Assembly: GCA_032249135.1 (NCBI GenBank) | Contig: JAVVGL010000012.1 | Coordinates: 1-61,592, forward strand | Reading direction: 5' to 3' | Source: Candidatus Calescibacterium sp. | GTDB lineage: Bacteria > Calescibacteriota > Calescibacteriia > Calescibacteriales > Calescibacteriaceae | DNA length: 61,592 nucleotides | Shown: positions 39,594 through 49,850 of the stretch, one piece after another | Position numbering within the stretch: the first letter of the stretch is position 1 | Layout of the letters: each line of letters begins with the position of its first letter | Notes under the pieces: model-generated | Databases searched by the model: none | The model's input: the letters and a program-made list of their open reading frames with translations, nothing else | Told to the model about the DNA's origin: nothing | Made by a program: the position numbers and the translations under genes

Positions 39594-40763
39594 ATGGAAG
39601 AGGAAAAAAAAGAAAGCAAGAAAAAGGCAACGAAAGTCAGAGCAAAAAAAGAAGGAGAAATAAAAGAAGCCGAAAATACCGAGTATGATTCCGGAAATCA
39701 GTCAGGGGTTTCAGAATCAGGTCAGAGAAAGAGACAGAAATTTTTGGTCACAGGTGCTTGTGGTTTTTCTGGCTCTCATATGGTGGATCTTTTAGTTGAA
39801 GAAGGTTATGAAGTTATAGCAACAGATAGAGAGGATGCTCCGAGAAGATGGCTTAATCCAGAGGTCAAATTTATACCATCTGATCTTCTTGATAAAAGAA
39901 CATTAGATAAAGTCGTTGATTCTGTTGATTGTATTTTTCATCCCGCTGCTATTTTCAATTATTCTGCTCCTCTTGAAGATCTCATAAGGGTTAATGTTAT
40001 AGGGACGAAAAATCTTCTTGATGTCGCGGTTGCGAACGGAGTCAAAAAAATAGTTGTTTGGTCAACTGCGGGCGTCTACGATGTATCAAAACTAAAGGAC
40101 GAACCAATAGATGAAAACGGTCCAATAGGACCGTCCAATAACTACGAGTACTCAAAACTAAAACAAGAGGAGCTTGCAATGGAGTATCACATATCGGGTA
40201 AAATAAATGTCGTAATAATAAGACCTGCACCTATATATGGACCTCGCAATCTTTATGGGTTTGCTAACATAATTTTTGGAGTTGCGAAACTTCCTGTTGT
40301 AATTGTTCCTACAATAGAGAACAAAGCGGTTTCGGTTCATGTAAAAGATGTGTGTGGAGCTGCTTTATTTTTATCTCAAAAAGACGAAGCAAACGGAGAA
40401 GTATTCAACATAGTTGATGATTCTGATTACTCGTATTCAGATGTAAATATTTTGGTTGCGCAATTTTTAGGTAAGCCTCATTTTAAAATCCCAATAAAGG
40501 TCAGTACGAAACCAATATCTTATGCATTGTTTGGAGCAGCAAAATTTTCTCGTCTTGTAAATAAATACTTTCCACTTTTATTTGATTTACCTTTGATTGG
40601 TAGTTTGAAATATATAGAAGAGGACACTGCAAGATATACAGCTTTTTCTTATAGGTTCTCAAACAAAAAGCTTAAATCTTTTGGGTATAAGTTAAAATAC
40701 CCTGATCTCAAAGATGGTCTTCCTGAAACAATTCAGTGGTATAAGGACTACGGATATCTTTGA
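39594..40763 (+). CDS. NAD-dependent epimerase/dehydratase (extended SDR, 3-beta-HSD-like)
   Basis: TGACGFSG, FHPAA, NVIGT, YEYSK, RPAPIYGP, HVKDV. ATG 39594 has an RBS. Confidence 0.88.
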   Translation: MEEEKKESKKKATKVRAKKEGEIKEAENTEYDSGNQSGVSESGQRKRQKFLVTGACGFSGSHMVDLLVEEGYEVIATDREDAPRRWLNPEVKFIPSDLLDKRTLDKVVDSVDCIFHPAAIFNYSAPLEDLIRVNVIGTKNLLDVAVANGVKKIVVWSTAGVYDVSKLKDEPIDENGPIGPSNNYEYSKLKQEELAMEYHISGKINVVIIRPAPIYGPRNLYGFANIIFGVAKLPVVIVPTIENKAVSVHVKDVCGAALFLSQKDEANGEVFNIVDDSDYSYSDVNILVAQFLGKPHFKIPIKVSTKPISYALFGAAKFSRLVNKYFPLLFDLPLIGSLKYIEEDTARYTAFSYRFSNKKLKSFGYKLKYPDLKDGLPETIQWYKDYGYL

Positions 40764-40802
40764 TTGAGCAATCTTTATAGTTGAGTTATTTTTTATTTAT
40801 TA

Positions 40803-41285
40803 TCATAATCTTCTTTTTAGCTCTCTTTCTTTTCTTCTCATTTCTTTTTCTATTATTTCTCTTCTTTTATCCCAAAGTTTTTTCTTTTTTCCTATTCCTA
40901 TTTCTATTTTTACGAGTTTGTTTTCTTTCAAGAGCACAGCAAGAGGGATAATTTTCATTTCTCTTCTTGTAGCTTTTCCGTATATTCTTTCTATCTCTTC
41001 TTTTCTCAAAAGGAGAGCTCGTGATCTTGTTGGGTCTGGATTGAAAGGAGAGTTCTGGTATGGAGCGACATACATATTTACTATAAATGGTCTTCCACCT
41101 GAAAAAACAACATAAGCTTCATCTATTGATACATTACCTTTTCTTATTGATTTCACTTCTGAACCTTCTAAGGCTATGCCAGCTATATACTTTTCTTCTA
41201 TTTCGTACTCGTTTGCAAACCTATTTTTGCATATAACTTTGAATTTTTCCATCGTATTTGTTTTCTGATTATTCTTTTGATTCAT
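40803..41285 (-). CDS. smpB: SsrA-binding protein
   Basis: AGIALEGSEVKSIR, DPTRSRALLL, GKKK.WDKR. Confidence 0.95.
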   Translation of the reverse strand: MNQKNNQKTNTMEKFKVICKNRFANEYEIEEKYIAGIALEGSEVKSIRKGNVSIDEAYVVFSGGRPFIVNMYVAPYQNSPFNPDPTRSRALLLRKEEIERIYGKATRREMKIIPLAVLLKENKLVKIEIGIGKKKKLWDKRREIIEKEMRRKERELKRRL

Positions 41286-41566
41286 TCTGTTTCTACGACC
41301 TGCGGAACGACTGCAAATCTTTCTCTTTTCTTAGGGAAACCATCTATTATTCCCTGAATGTTTTCAAACTTTTTTGGTTCATCTTCCCTTAATCTTTGAT
41401 TTTCTTCAAATTTCCAAGTTGTGGGTTGAATGTCATCTAACGGTAGCTCCGAAATAATTTTGAAAAACTCTATTATTTTTTCTACTTGATATTTGAAGTT
41501 CTGTTTTTTATCTTCAGGTATATCAATTGCCGATAGTTTCAATATGTTTTCAAAATCAAACTCCAT
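41282..41566 (-). CDS. gatC: Asp/Glu-tRNA amidotransferase subunit C
   Basis: LKLSAI, I.EL...IQPT, LRED, F.VPQVV. Confidence 0.85.
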   Translation of the reverse strand: MEFDFENILKLSAIDIPEDKKQNFKYQVEKIIEFFKIISELPLDDIQPTTWKFEENQRLREDEPKKFENIQGIIDGFPKKRERFAVVPQVVETE

Positions 41567-41628
41567 ACCATATAAATTATGATGAAAAAACGAAAAAATT
41601 TTATCTGTAAAATTAGATTTTTTGTGAA

Positions 41629-42696
41629 ATGAAATATAAAAATTCAGGGATGAGAAAAGGACATGAAATATTAAGGGGGCTTGGATTACCTATATTGCCT
41701 ACCACATCTGTTGGGAGCCTTCCGAAACCAGATTACATAAAAGAAGCTCGCAGAAAAAAAATATCTAAAAAAGAGTTGAGAAAACTTGAAGATAAAGCAA
41801 CAGAGTTTTGGGTAAGATTCCAAGACGAAATAGGAATAGATGTGATAGTAGATGGGGAAGTTTATAGGGGTGATATGGTAACATACTTTGCTGAAAATAT
41901 GGAAGGTTTCAAAATGAGCGGGCTTGTAAGATCTTACGGCAACAGATACTACATAAAACCCAGAATTGTCGGAAAAATAAAATGGAAAAAGCCAATAACA
42001 GTAGATAGATGGAAATTTGCTCAATCACTCACAAAAAAACCAGTAAAGGGAATGATTACAGGTCCTTATACAATGATGGATTGGTCATTTGATGAATATT
42101 ATGGTAGCAGAGAGAAAGTATGCATTGCATTTGCGAAGGAGTTAAGAAAAGAAGTTGAAGCACTCGCAGAAGCAGGAGCAAAAATTATACAAATAGATGA
42201 ACCCGCAATTTCTACAAGACCCTACGAGTTCCAAATAGCAAAAGAAGCCCTTGAAATTATGACAGAAGGTATCCCAGCGTACTTTATAACTCATATATGC
42301 TACGGAGCTTTTGAATTCGTATACCCACAAATGTTGAAACTTCCCGTACATAATATTGATCTTGAAATGTCAAATTCAGAGCTTGACCTTGTTGAACTCT
42401 TCAAAAAACATCCTTTCACAAAAGATATATCTTTCGGAGTAATTGATGTGCATACGCACAAAATAGAGGATGTAGAAACAATAAAACAAAGAATTAAAAA
42501 AGCCCTTGAGGTCCTTGATGTAAACCAGGTGTGGATTGACCCCGATTGTGGTCTGAAAACAAGAACAGAAGAAGAAGCAAAACAAAAACTACAAAACATG
42601 GTAAAAGCAACGGAAGAAGTAAGAAAAGAAATAGAAGAAATAAGAAAAAAATCAGCAGAGTTGCAAAAACAGGGGGGCGAAGAAATAAGAGCATAA
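41629..42696 (+). CDS. metE: Cobalamin-independent methionine synthase, catalytic domain only
   Basis: PTTSVGSLPKP, DGEVYRGDMV, KGMITGPYT, QIDEP, THICYG, DPDCGLKT; 355 aa single barrel. Confidence 0.88.
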   Translation: MKYKNSGMRKGHEILRGLGLPILPTTSVGSLPKPDYIKEARRKKISKKELRKLEDKATEFWVRFQDEIGIDVIVDGEVYRGDMVTYFAENMEGFKMSGLVRSYGNRYYIKPRIVGKIKWKKPITVDRWKFAQSLTKKPVKGMITGPYTMMDWSFDEYYGSREKVCIAFAKELRKEVEALAEAGAKIIQIDEPAISTRPYEFQIAKEALEIMTEGIPAYFITHICYGAFEFVYPQMLKLPVHNIDLEMSNSELDLVELFKKHPFTKDISFGVIDVHTHKIEDVETIKQRIKKALEVLDVNQVWIDPDCGLKTRTEEEAKQKLQNMVKATEEVRKEIEEIRKKSAELQKQGGEEIRA

Positions 42697-42718
42697 ACTC
42701 CATAAAAGAAAAAAAACA

Positions 42719-43573
42719 ATGGAAAAACAAAATAGAAAACAACAGAAAAAAACAATAAGCCTCACAGAGAAAGAGCTTTTTATTTTTGATGTAGAAGGTG
42801 TAATAGTCCCCTCAATAGATGAACCAGCAGTATCACAAGATGTTCTGGAAACAATAGAGGAAATAAGAAAAAAAGGTAAAAAAGTAGCTTTCCTTTCTAA
42901 CATTTCAAGGACTCCATTTTTCCGTGTTGCAGAAATTCTGATGGATCTTGGGATAGCAAAAAGTCAAAAGGAAATATTTACAGCAGGAAAAGTGGCAGTA
43001 GAATATGTTAAATCAAAATCTCAAAAGAAAATTCCAAGAGTATTTGTCATATCAGAAAGAGGTTTGCTTATTGATTTTGAAATAGAAAACGGAGTAGAAG
43101 TTGTTTTTGAAAAACCCGTTGATTTTGTTGTAATAGGAATGAAAAGGAATTTGAATTTTGAAGAACTAAATTTTGCTCTTGAATGTTTGCTTGAAGGTGC
43201 ACAACTTATTTCCTGCGGTCACACAAACTATTACAAAGGAAAATTCGGCTCAAAAGAGGGAATATTCATAGGAGATCTCCCAATATGTGAAATGCTTTCC
43301 TTTGCTTCAGGAAAAACATATGTGAAAATAGGAAAACCAGATCCAGTAATTTTTGGGTTCATATTGACCGAATTTGAAATAAATCCAAATTATGCAGTAA
43401 TGATAGGAGATAAAATTGAAACAGATATATACGGAGCAAAAAACTTAGGAATAACTTCTATTCTCGTTCAAGGAATAGAAACAAAAAAGCATTTCGTTCC
43501 AGTAAGAACAGAAAAAGAAATTAAACCTGATTTAGAAATAAAAAGCCTGAAAGATATATTGGCTTTTATTTGA
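42719..43573 (+). CDS. HAD-IIA (NagD-like) hydrolase
   Basis: FDVEGV, LSN, GKPDP, MIGDKIETDI. Confidence 0.88.
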   Translation: MEKQNRKQQKKTISLTEKELFIFDVEGVIVPSIDEPAVSQDVLETIEEIRKKGKKVAFLSNISRTPFFRVAEILMDLGIAKSQKEIFTAGKVAVEYVKSKSQKKIPRVFVISERGLLIDFEIENGVEVVFEKPVDFVVIGMKRNLNFEELNFALECLLEGAQLISCGHTNYYKGKFGSKEGIFIGDLPICEMLSFASGKTYVKIGKPDPVIFGFILTEFEINPNYAVMIGDKIETDIYGAKNLGITSILVQGIETKKHFVPVRTEKEIKPDLEIKSLKDILAFI

Positions 43574-43595
43574 AATTTTTCTTAAAATTCAAATT

Positions 43596-44477
43596 ATGGT
43601 AAAAACAAAATATAGAGGAAATGCAAAAGAAAAAGAAAAAGAAAATATAAAGAATGTCAAGAAAAGGATATCAGAGGAAACAAAAAAGAAGATAATAAGA
43701 GGGAAGGATATAAAAGAGAAAAAACTAACTACAAAACCAAAAACAGAAAAGAAACCATCGTTAGAACCGAAAGAAATCAAAATAAGTTTCAAGAAAATAG
43801 AAATTCCAAATAGTAACATAACATACAAAGTCGCAGTAAAATTTTCAGGAGAAGGTATAAAGGATATACCAATTCCCCCTTTCCTTCTCTCAGTTCTTTC
43901 TCTACCAAAGATTCCAATAGGAGAAATAAGGCTGAAAACCAAATCAGAGTATGAAAATAGATTATCTGTTTTGTTGGAGTTTGAACCATCATCAATTTTG
44001 AAGCTCCTGACAAAACACGAAAGATTTAGCTATTCATCTTCAATTGCATTCAGCAAAGAAAACGGATACATCACAACAAAAACAGAATATATAGAAAGTA
44101 AAACAGATGGTAGGAATTTTGTGAAGAAAAAAGATTATGATTTTGACGATAATGTAAAAGATCCGGTAGCGCTCTTTCTTGATTTTTTGAGCTCAAAAGA
44201 TGAAATAGAAAAAGAACTAAAAAAAATTAGAGAAGAAAATGAGGATATAGAAGATATAAAATATGACCTTGATATACTGGAAGATTTCAAGATAGAAAAA
44301 GAAAACGAAGGAAATGAGTTAAAAAAAATAAAAATAATTCCAAAAAGAGAAGAAGGAAAAGAAATTTTAAAATATGCGGAAGTTGATCTCACCAGCTTCG
44401 GAGAATTCAAAATACCACAAAGATTTTACGCACAAGGCCTCCTCTCTCTATTTGATGTGTTTATAGAGAAATCGTAA
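43596..44477 (+). CDS. Hypothetical protein with Lys-rich N-terminus
   Basis: 293-aa ORF, co-oriented and closely spaced with upstream genes. Confidence 0.6.
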   Translation: MVKTKYRGNAKEKEKENIKNVKKRISEETKKKIIRGKDIKEKKLTTKPKTEKKPSLEPKEIKISFKKIEIPNSNITYKVAVKFSGEGIKDIPIPPFLLSVLSLPKIPIGEIRLKTKSEYENRLSVLLEFEPSSILKLLTKHERFSYSSSIAFSKENGYITTKTEYIESKTDGRNFVKKKDYDFDDNVKDPVALFLDFLSSKDEIEKELKKIREENEDIEDIKYDLDILEDFKIEKENEGNELKKIKIIPKREEGKEILKYAEVDLTSFGEFKIPQRFYAQGLLSLFDVFIEKS

Positions 44478-44571
44478 TAAAAATGAGACTATGAAATAAA
44501 AGAAATAAAAAATATTTCACGATGGACCAAATTTTTTCCACTAAAAACTAAACCAACTCTCTTAAATTGAA

Positions 44572-46971
44572 TTATCTTTTTACTGCTGAATACATAAGAG
44601 CAGCTGCGCTCATCCCCTGAAATGTAAGAGAAAGAACATCTCTCACAAGATACCAGCTCTGGTAAGGAATGACTATCTTTGGAGGTATCACAATTGTATC
44701 CCCAGGTAAAATTTCTCCTAATTTCCGAGTTGCTTCTCCATTTGCTCTTATCACAAATACTTCATCTTCATCTGCATACTTTGTAAAACCTCCGGCGAGA
44801 TTTATATAAAATTTTGCAGATTTATCAGGAACATAAGAAAATGTTGTGGGGGATTTGACCTCACCAGCGACTATAACATAGTTTGGAATAGGAGGAACAT
44901 ATATTTTATCTCCATCTTCAAGCTCTATATTATATTCTGATTGACGAAGTTTTTCAAGGTCACGAGTCACTTTTACGACTACTCGCCCTTTTATATCAGC
45001 CTCAGAAATGTATTTTAAAATGTTCAATCTCTCCTCAACAAGAGGTCTTTGCATTTGAGGAGTCTGCAATGTAGGAACATATTGTTGAGTTGATTCACTT
45101 ATAATCTCTTTTGCTAAAAGACGAGAAACAAGATTTACCCTTTCAATCTGAGACCTTCTGACGGATTCACGCGTAAAAACAATTCCTTCTGGATAAGCAA
45201 AATCTGTAAATCCTCCAGCTCTTTTCAGAACATCATAAAGTCTTTCTCCTTTTTTGATTTGAAAAGCTCCGGGGAATTTTATTTCCCCTATAACTTCAAC
45301 CTGAATTATTTTTGTGGTTTCTTCGTCTGGTGGTGGCAGAATTGTCACCCGTGAAAAAGGTTTCAATTTCACATTACGAAAATCTTCAAGGACCTTTTCA
45401 ACATCTTTTTTTTCTCTATCTTCCACAGAAAATTTTTGTGTCTTCTCTTCGTTTCCTTCTTTTATAGTGATTTCGTATCCGGATGGAGTGTAATAACCGC
45501 CAAAACCTCCTGCAAGTAGCACAAGATCACGCAAAGTTATACCTTCAAAATACGGAAAAGAGGAGGATTTTTTTACATATCCTGAAACAACAACAAAAGG
45601 TTCCACTTTCTCTGCAACCGCAGAAAATACCTCAATAAAATCACCATCATATATACTTATGCTTTCAAGTTTATCTAATTCATCTGCTCTCACGAAAACA
45701 TCATAGGAAAGCTCTTTTTTTTCTCCTTTGTATCTTCTCACAACTATTCTGAAATTTCCTGTTTCGGGAATAAATCCACCTGCATACTCAATAGCAGATT
45801 TTAAAGAAGTAGATTTATCTTTTATTTCATATATACCTTCTCTTTTTACAGAACCCGATATAGCATAAGTTCCTCTTATTTGTGGGACGAAAATTGTATC
45901 CCACGCGCGAAGAGTATATTTAGAGAATTCTTCAGCACTACCTTCAAAGAGTAATTTATAAAGGTCAATTTCTCCAACTTTTTTCCCGTTGCTTTTTATT
46001 TCTATTCTTCTCAAACTTCCTGTCTTTTTTATTCCACCGGCTTTTGATATAGCTTCAAAAGGAGAAAGAGCTCCACTTATAATAACTACTCCGGGGTTCC
46101 TGACCTCACCCATAACTAAAACGGGTATAGATTTTATACTTGAAAGAGATATAGCAACTTCAACTTCGCCGAGAACCCTTCTTATTGAGTTTCTGAGAAG
46201 TTCACTAGCTTGTTCAATCTTAAGCCCTCCAACTACAACTGGACCTACAAGCGGTATAAAAATTTTACCATCTGACAAAACCGTGGTTGAATAGGGATAA
46301 TTGAATACATCTGGTATTTTTGTTTTGCTCCATATATAAATAAAAAGTGAATCACCCGGTCCCAGAATGTATCCGGAAGATATAAAATGAGCTGTTGGCT
46401 TTTCTACTACTGGCCAAAAAGATATGTCATAGCCGACTTGCCTCAAAATTGCTTTTTTCATTTTCGCAGTATCATATCCAGAAAAGAAAAGTTCAATGTC
46501 AGATACCTCAGCGAATTCTTTGATGTCTTTATATTTTGTAAGAATATACTTTTCTGCCTCGGCTGGGGGTAAATACAAAAGTCGTGATATAAAATCTTCT
46601 ATCTCGTAATCTTTCATTAAAACTATGAGTTTGACAAAATTTGGCACAAGATGATCGGGTAAATCCTGTAAGATAGAAATTATTCTCTGAGTCAGAGGGA
46701 AAGGAATTCTATAAAGCTTTGATAAAAACTCTTCTTTTTCTGGTATAAAAATCTTATCTAATTTTTGTTTTACTTTGTAGATTTCTTGCTCAACGGGGAA
46801 AATTTGAACCTGTGGTTGCATACCTTGAACTTGCATCTGCTGACCCTGTGTTTGCCCTTGCACGACTTCCGGACTAATAGTCGAAAAAAATAGGGAAAAA
46901 ACGGCAGCACGAAAAGAAACCCTTACAATCCACGCCCTTCCAGAAAGTTTCATATTCCATATCATTTTCAT
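44572..46971 (-). CDS. Polysaccharide export protein with multiple SLBB domains (Wza/KpsD-like)
   Basis: YILGPGD, DGKIFIPLVG, GEVRNPG, repeated AGG motifs, LEDGDKIYVP, PGDTIVIP. Confidence 0.9.
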   Translation of the reverse strand: MKMIWNMKLSGRAWIVRVSFRAAVFSLFFSTISPEVVQGQTQGQQMQVQGMQPQVQIFPVEQEIYKVKQKLDKIFIPEKEEFLSKLYRIPFPLTQRIISILQDLPDHLVPNFVKLIVLMKDYEIEDFISRLLYLPPAEAEKYILTKYKDIKEFAEVSDIELFFSGYDTAKMKKAILRQVGYDISFWPVVEKPTAHFISSGYILGPGDSLFIYIWSKTKIPDVFNYPYSTTVLSDGKIFIPLVGPVVVGGLKIEQASELLRNSIRRVLGEVEVAISLSSIKSIPVLVMGEVRNPGVVIISGALSPFEAISKAGGIKKTGSLRRIEIKSNGKKVGEIDLYKLLFEGSAEEFSKYTLRAWDTIFVPQIRGTYAISGSVKREGIYEIKDKSTSLKSAIEYAGGFIPETGNFRIVVRRYKGEKKELSYDVFVRADELDKLESISIYDGDFIEVFSAVAEKVEPFVVVSGYVKKSSSFPYFEGITLRDLVLLAGGFGGYYTPSGYEITIKEGNEEKTQKFSVEDREKKDVEKVLEDFRNVKLKPFSRVTILPPPDEETTKIIQVEVIGEIKFPGAFQIKKGERLYDVLKRAGGFTDFAYPEGIVFTRESVRRSQIERVNLVSRLLAKEIISESTQQYVPTLQTPQMQRPLVEERLNILKYISEADIKGRVVVKVTRDLEKLRQSEYNIELEDGDKIYVPPIPNYVIVAGEVKSPTTFSYVPDKSAKFYINLAGGFTKYADEDEVFVIRANGEATRKLGEILPGDTIVIPPKIVIPYQSWYLVRDVLSLTFQGMSAAALMYSAVKR

Positions 46972-47198
46972 TAGGTTTATAGTTTATAGATGCAAAGGCA
47001 AATTTTTTTATTTTTTTGTTTTTTTCGCAAAAAATTGTTAAAATAAGATTATCAAAGATCTCTGAAAATGTGTATCCTCACAGTTTGATTAAGCGTGGTT
47101 TATATAAAGTGATTTTATTTTAAATTATACAAAAGATAGCGTATTCAATGAGAAAGACAAATTAAGAAAACAAAAAGCAAAAAGGAGGTAAAAACTCT

Positions 47199-48893
47199 GT
47201 GGAGGAAAAAGAAATAAAAGAAAAAGATGAAGAGGTTAATAATGTAATAGAGGGAGCTAATATTAGTTTACCAAAAAGAAAGATCTCACAAAAACAAGAA
47301 AGGAAAAGAAGAAGAAAAACGGGAGAAATTCAGGATGAAAGACCTATTGAAATTGAGAGTGAATATTTTTCACTGAAGGAAAAGGTAGCAGAGTCAAATG
47401 AGATAGAAAGGATAACACAATATGAGGAATATCCTGATGTAAAATACGAGGAAGAATATATAACATATAGAGAGGAGGAGAAAGAAGAGGAAGGGGAGAG
47501 GAAAGAGGAAATTCCGAAAGAAGAAATTCCAAGAGTTGAAGTCAGAGAGAGAATCCTTCAGATTCTGAATGATATAACGGAAGAAAGAGATGGGACAAGA
47601 TATCTAGTATTGAATAAACTAAGTATGAAAAAAATTTCAGAACTTATAAGTATTGCGGAAGATATTGGAATACCGGATCCATCATATCTGAGGAGGCAGG
47701 AGCTTATTGCAGAAATTATGAACAGAGCGGGAAGCTACTTTGGATTCAGATTGTACGCGGAAGGAGTTTTTCAAATGATAGAATCTGGTGCGGGATTTCT
47801 CAGGTTCCCACATAATAACTACCTACAATCAAGCGATGATGTATTTGTTCATAAAAATTTAATAAAAAAATACAAAATCAGAACAGGGGATGTTGTTGCA
47901 GGAGAAATATCCCCTCCTTCCGAGGAGAAAGGAAAATACTTTTCTTTACAGACTGTGAGCAAGATAAATTTTGAAGATCCGAAAAAATCAAGAGAAAGAC
48001 CACTGTTTGAGAACCTAACACCATATTATCCAACAAAAAAATTCAATCTTGACTGGCAACCGGATGGAGATATATCTTGTAGAGTAGTTGATATTATAGC
48101 ACCAATAGGAAAAGGTCAAAGAGGACTTATCGTATCTCCTCCGAGAGCAGGAAAGACAATGCTACTGCAAAACATAGCGAAAGCTATTTTGACAAATCAT
48201 CCGGAAACTATTCTTATAGTCTTGCTAATAGATGAAAGACCGGAGGAGGTAACAGATTGGAAAAGAAATATTGTGGAAAAGTATGCAGCTGCTGGCAGAA
48301 ATGTTGAGGTTATTGCATCAACATTTGATGAGAAACCAGAATCACACATAAAGGTTGCAGAAATAGTCCTTGCGAAAGCGAAGAGATTAGCGGAATACGG
48401 ATACGATGTTGTAATATTTTTGGATTCAATAACAAGGCTTACAAGAGCATATAACCATTATATTCCTTCATCTGGTAAGGTTCTGACGGGAGGAATAGAT
48501 TCTGCCGCTTTGCCATTCCCAAAAAAATTTTTTGGTACAGCAAGAGCATTAGAAGATGGTGGTTCTCTCACAATTTTAGCGACTTGCCTTATAGATACAG
48601 GTTCAAGGATGGATGAAGTTATTTTTGAAGAATTCAAGGGCACAGGAAATATGGAGATATACCTTGACAGAAGAATTGCAGAAAGAAGGATATTCCCAGC
48701 GATAGATATTCATAGATCCGGGACAAGAAGGGAAGAACTTCTTATACCTCCTGACCTGCTTCCCAAAATATGGATTTTACGAAAGAGCTTACAACCTGTT
48801 AGCACAATAGATGCTATGGAGCTACTTTATGAGAAGATGTCAAGAACCCGCACAAATGCTGAATTTTTTGAACTACTTGCCAAAGAAGGATAA
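47199..48893 (+). CDS. rho: Transcription termination factor Rho with long charged N-terminal extension
   Basis: [60 protein letters not shown]. Confidence 0.97.
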   Translation: MEEKEIKEKDEEVNNVIEGANISLPKRKISQKQERKRRRKTGEIQDERPIEIESEYFSLKEKVAESNEIERITQYEEYPDVKYEEEYITYREEEKEEEGERKEEIPKEEIPRVEVRERILQILNDITEERDGTRYLVLNKLSMKKISELISIAEDIGIPDPSYLRRQELIAEIMNRAGSYFGFRLYAEGVFQMIESGAGFLRFPHNNYLQSSDDVFVHKNLIKKYKIRTGDVVAGEISPPSEEKGKYFSLQTVSKINFEDPKKSRERPLFENLTPYYPTKKFNLDWQPDGDISCRVVDIIAPIGKGQRGLIVSPPRAGKTMLLQNIAKAILTNHPETILIVLLIDERPEEVTDWKRNIVEKYAAAGRNVEVIASTFDEKPESHIKVAEIVLAKAKRLAEYGYDVVIFLDSITRLTRAYNHYIPSSGKVLTGGIDSAALPFPKKFFGTARALEDGGSLTILATCLIDTGSRMDEVIFEEFKGTGNMEIYLDRRIAERRIFPAIDIHRSGTRREELLIPPDLLPKIWILRKSLQPVSTIDAMELLYEKMSRTRTNAEFFELLAKEG

Positions 48894-49495
48894 ACAACAA
48901 AGCTTTCAGTCCATATTTCATCTACGAAAATATCGTGAGGCTTTTCCCCTTTTATTTCTCTGAAAACCTGAAAACTCCAACACAAAGCTATCTTTTTTGA
49001 TTTCTCGGAGGAACGTACCAAAACTTTATCGTAAAACCCTTTACCATATCCTACCCTAAAACCCCTCAAATCAAAAATAACGCCAGGAACCAAGAATAAG
49101 TCAATCTCTTGTGGTGGTACGATGCAATCTGATTGGGGTTCCGGTATTCCAAATGCTCCTTTTTTGAGTTTGCCTTCAAATTTCAAAAACACAATTTCAT
49201 TTCCCATTACTTTTGGCAAACATATAAATTTTTCTTTGTAATATCTGAGTATATAAGATGTATCAGGCTCGCCTTTTGTTCCAAAAAAACATGCTATCTT
49301 TTCTGCCCGGGCAAAATCCTGACTTCTCACAATCTCTTTGCATACAATTTCTGACCTACTCTTTATAAAATCTTTTGGAAGATTTTTTCTGATAAGAGAT
49401 ATTACTTTTCTTGCCTTCTCAAGGGAGTCAAAATTAAAATCTGGGAAAAAATTCAGGGGAACTTCAAGATTGCAGGTTATTTTTTTTTGTTTCAT
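48827..49495 (-). CDS. 5-formyltetrahydrofolate cyclo-ligase
   Basis: FGIPEP, VPGVIFD.RGFRVGYGKGFYD, HD..VD.I.TE. Confidence 0.92.
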   Translation of the reverse strand: MKQKKITCNLEVPLNFFPDFNFDSLEKARKVISLIRKNLPKDFIKSRSEIVCKEIVRSQDFARAEKIACFFGTKGEPDTSYILRYYKEKFICLPKVMGNEIVFLKFEGKLKKGAFGIPEPQSDCIVPPQEIDLFLVPGVIFDLRGFRVGYGKGFYDKVLVRSSEKSKKIALCWSFQVFREIKGEKPHDIFVDEIWTESFVVYPSLASSSKNSAFVRVLDIFS

Positions 49496-49779
49496 CAGTA
49501 TCTTATTTCAAAAGATGAAAATTTACCTGTGTAAGGTAAAAACTCATATTCAACTTTATCTACTCTTGCAGAGGGTGGTCCTTTTTTTGCCCATTCAAGA
49601 AGAGCTAAAATGGCTTTCTCGTCTCCTTCCGCTAAAATTTCCACTTCACCTGTTTCCAAATTCCTAACATAACCTTTCAGCCCAAGTTCTCTCGCTTTGT
49701 AGTATGTGCTTGCTCTGAAACCTACACCTTGGACAAATCCGTAAACCTTGATATATATCCCTACATTTTTTGCTTGCAT
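49495..49779 (-). CDS. acyP: Acylphosphatase
   Basis: GFVQGVGFR, GYVRNL..GEVE, GPPSARV. Confidence 0.95.
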   Translation of the reverse strand: MQAKNVGIYIKVYGFVQGVGFRASTYYKARELGLKGYVRNLETGEVEILAEGDEKAILALLEWAKKGPPSARVDKVEYEFLPYTGKFSSFEIRY

Positions 49780-49850
49780 ACAAAGAAATTTTACACAGAT
49801 TTTTTATATCAATTAAAATTTTTGAATTTTTTGATTTTTGAAATTTTGAA

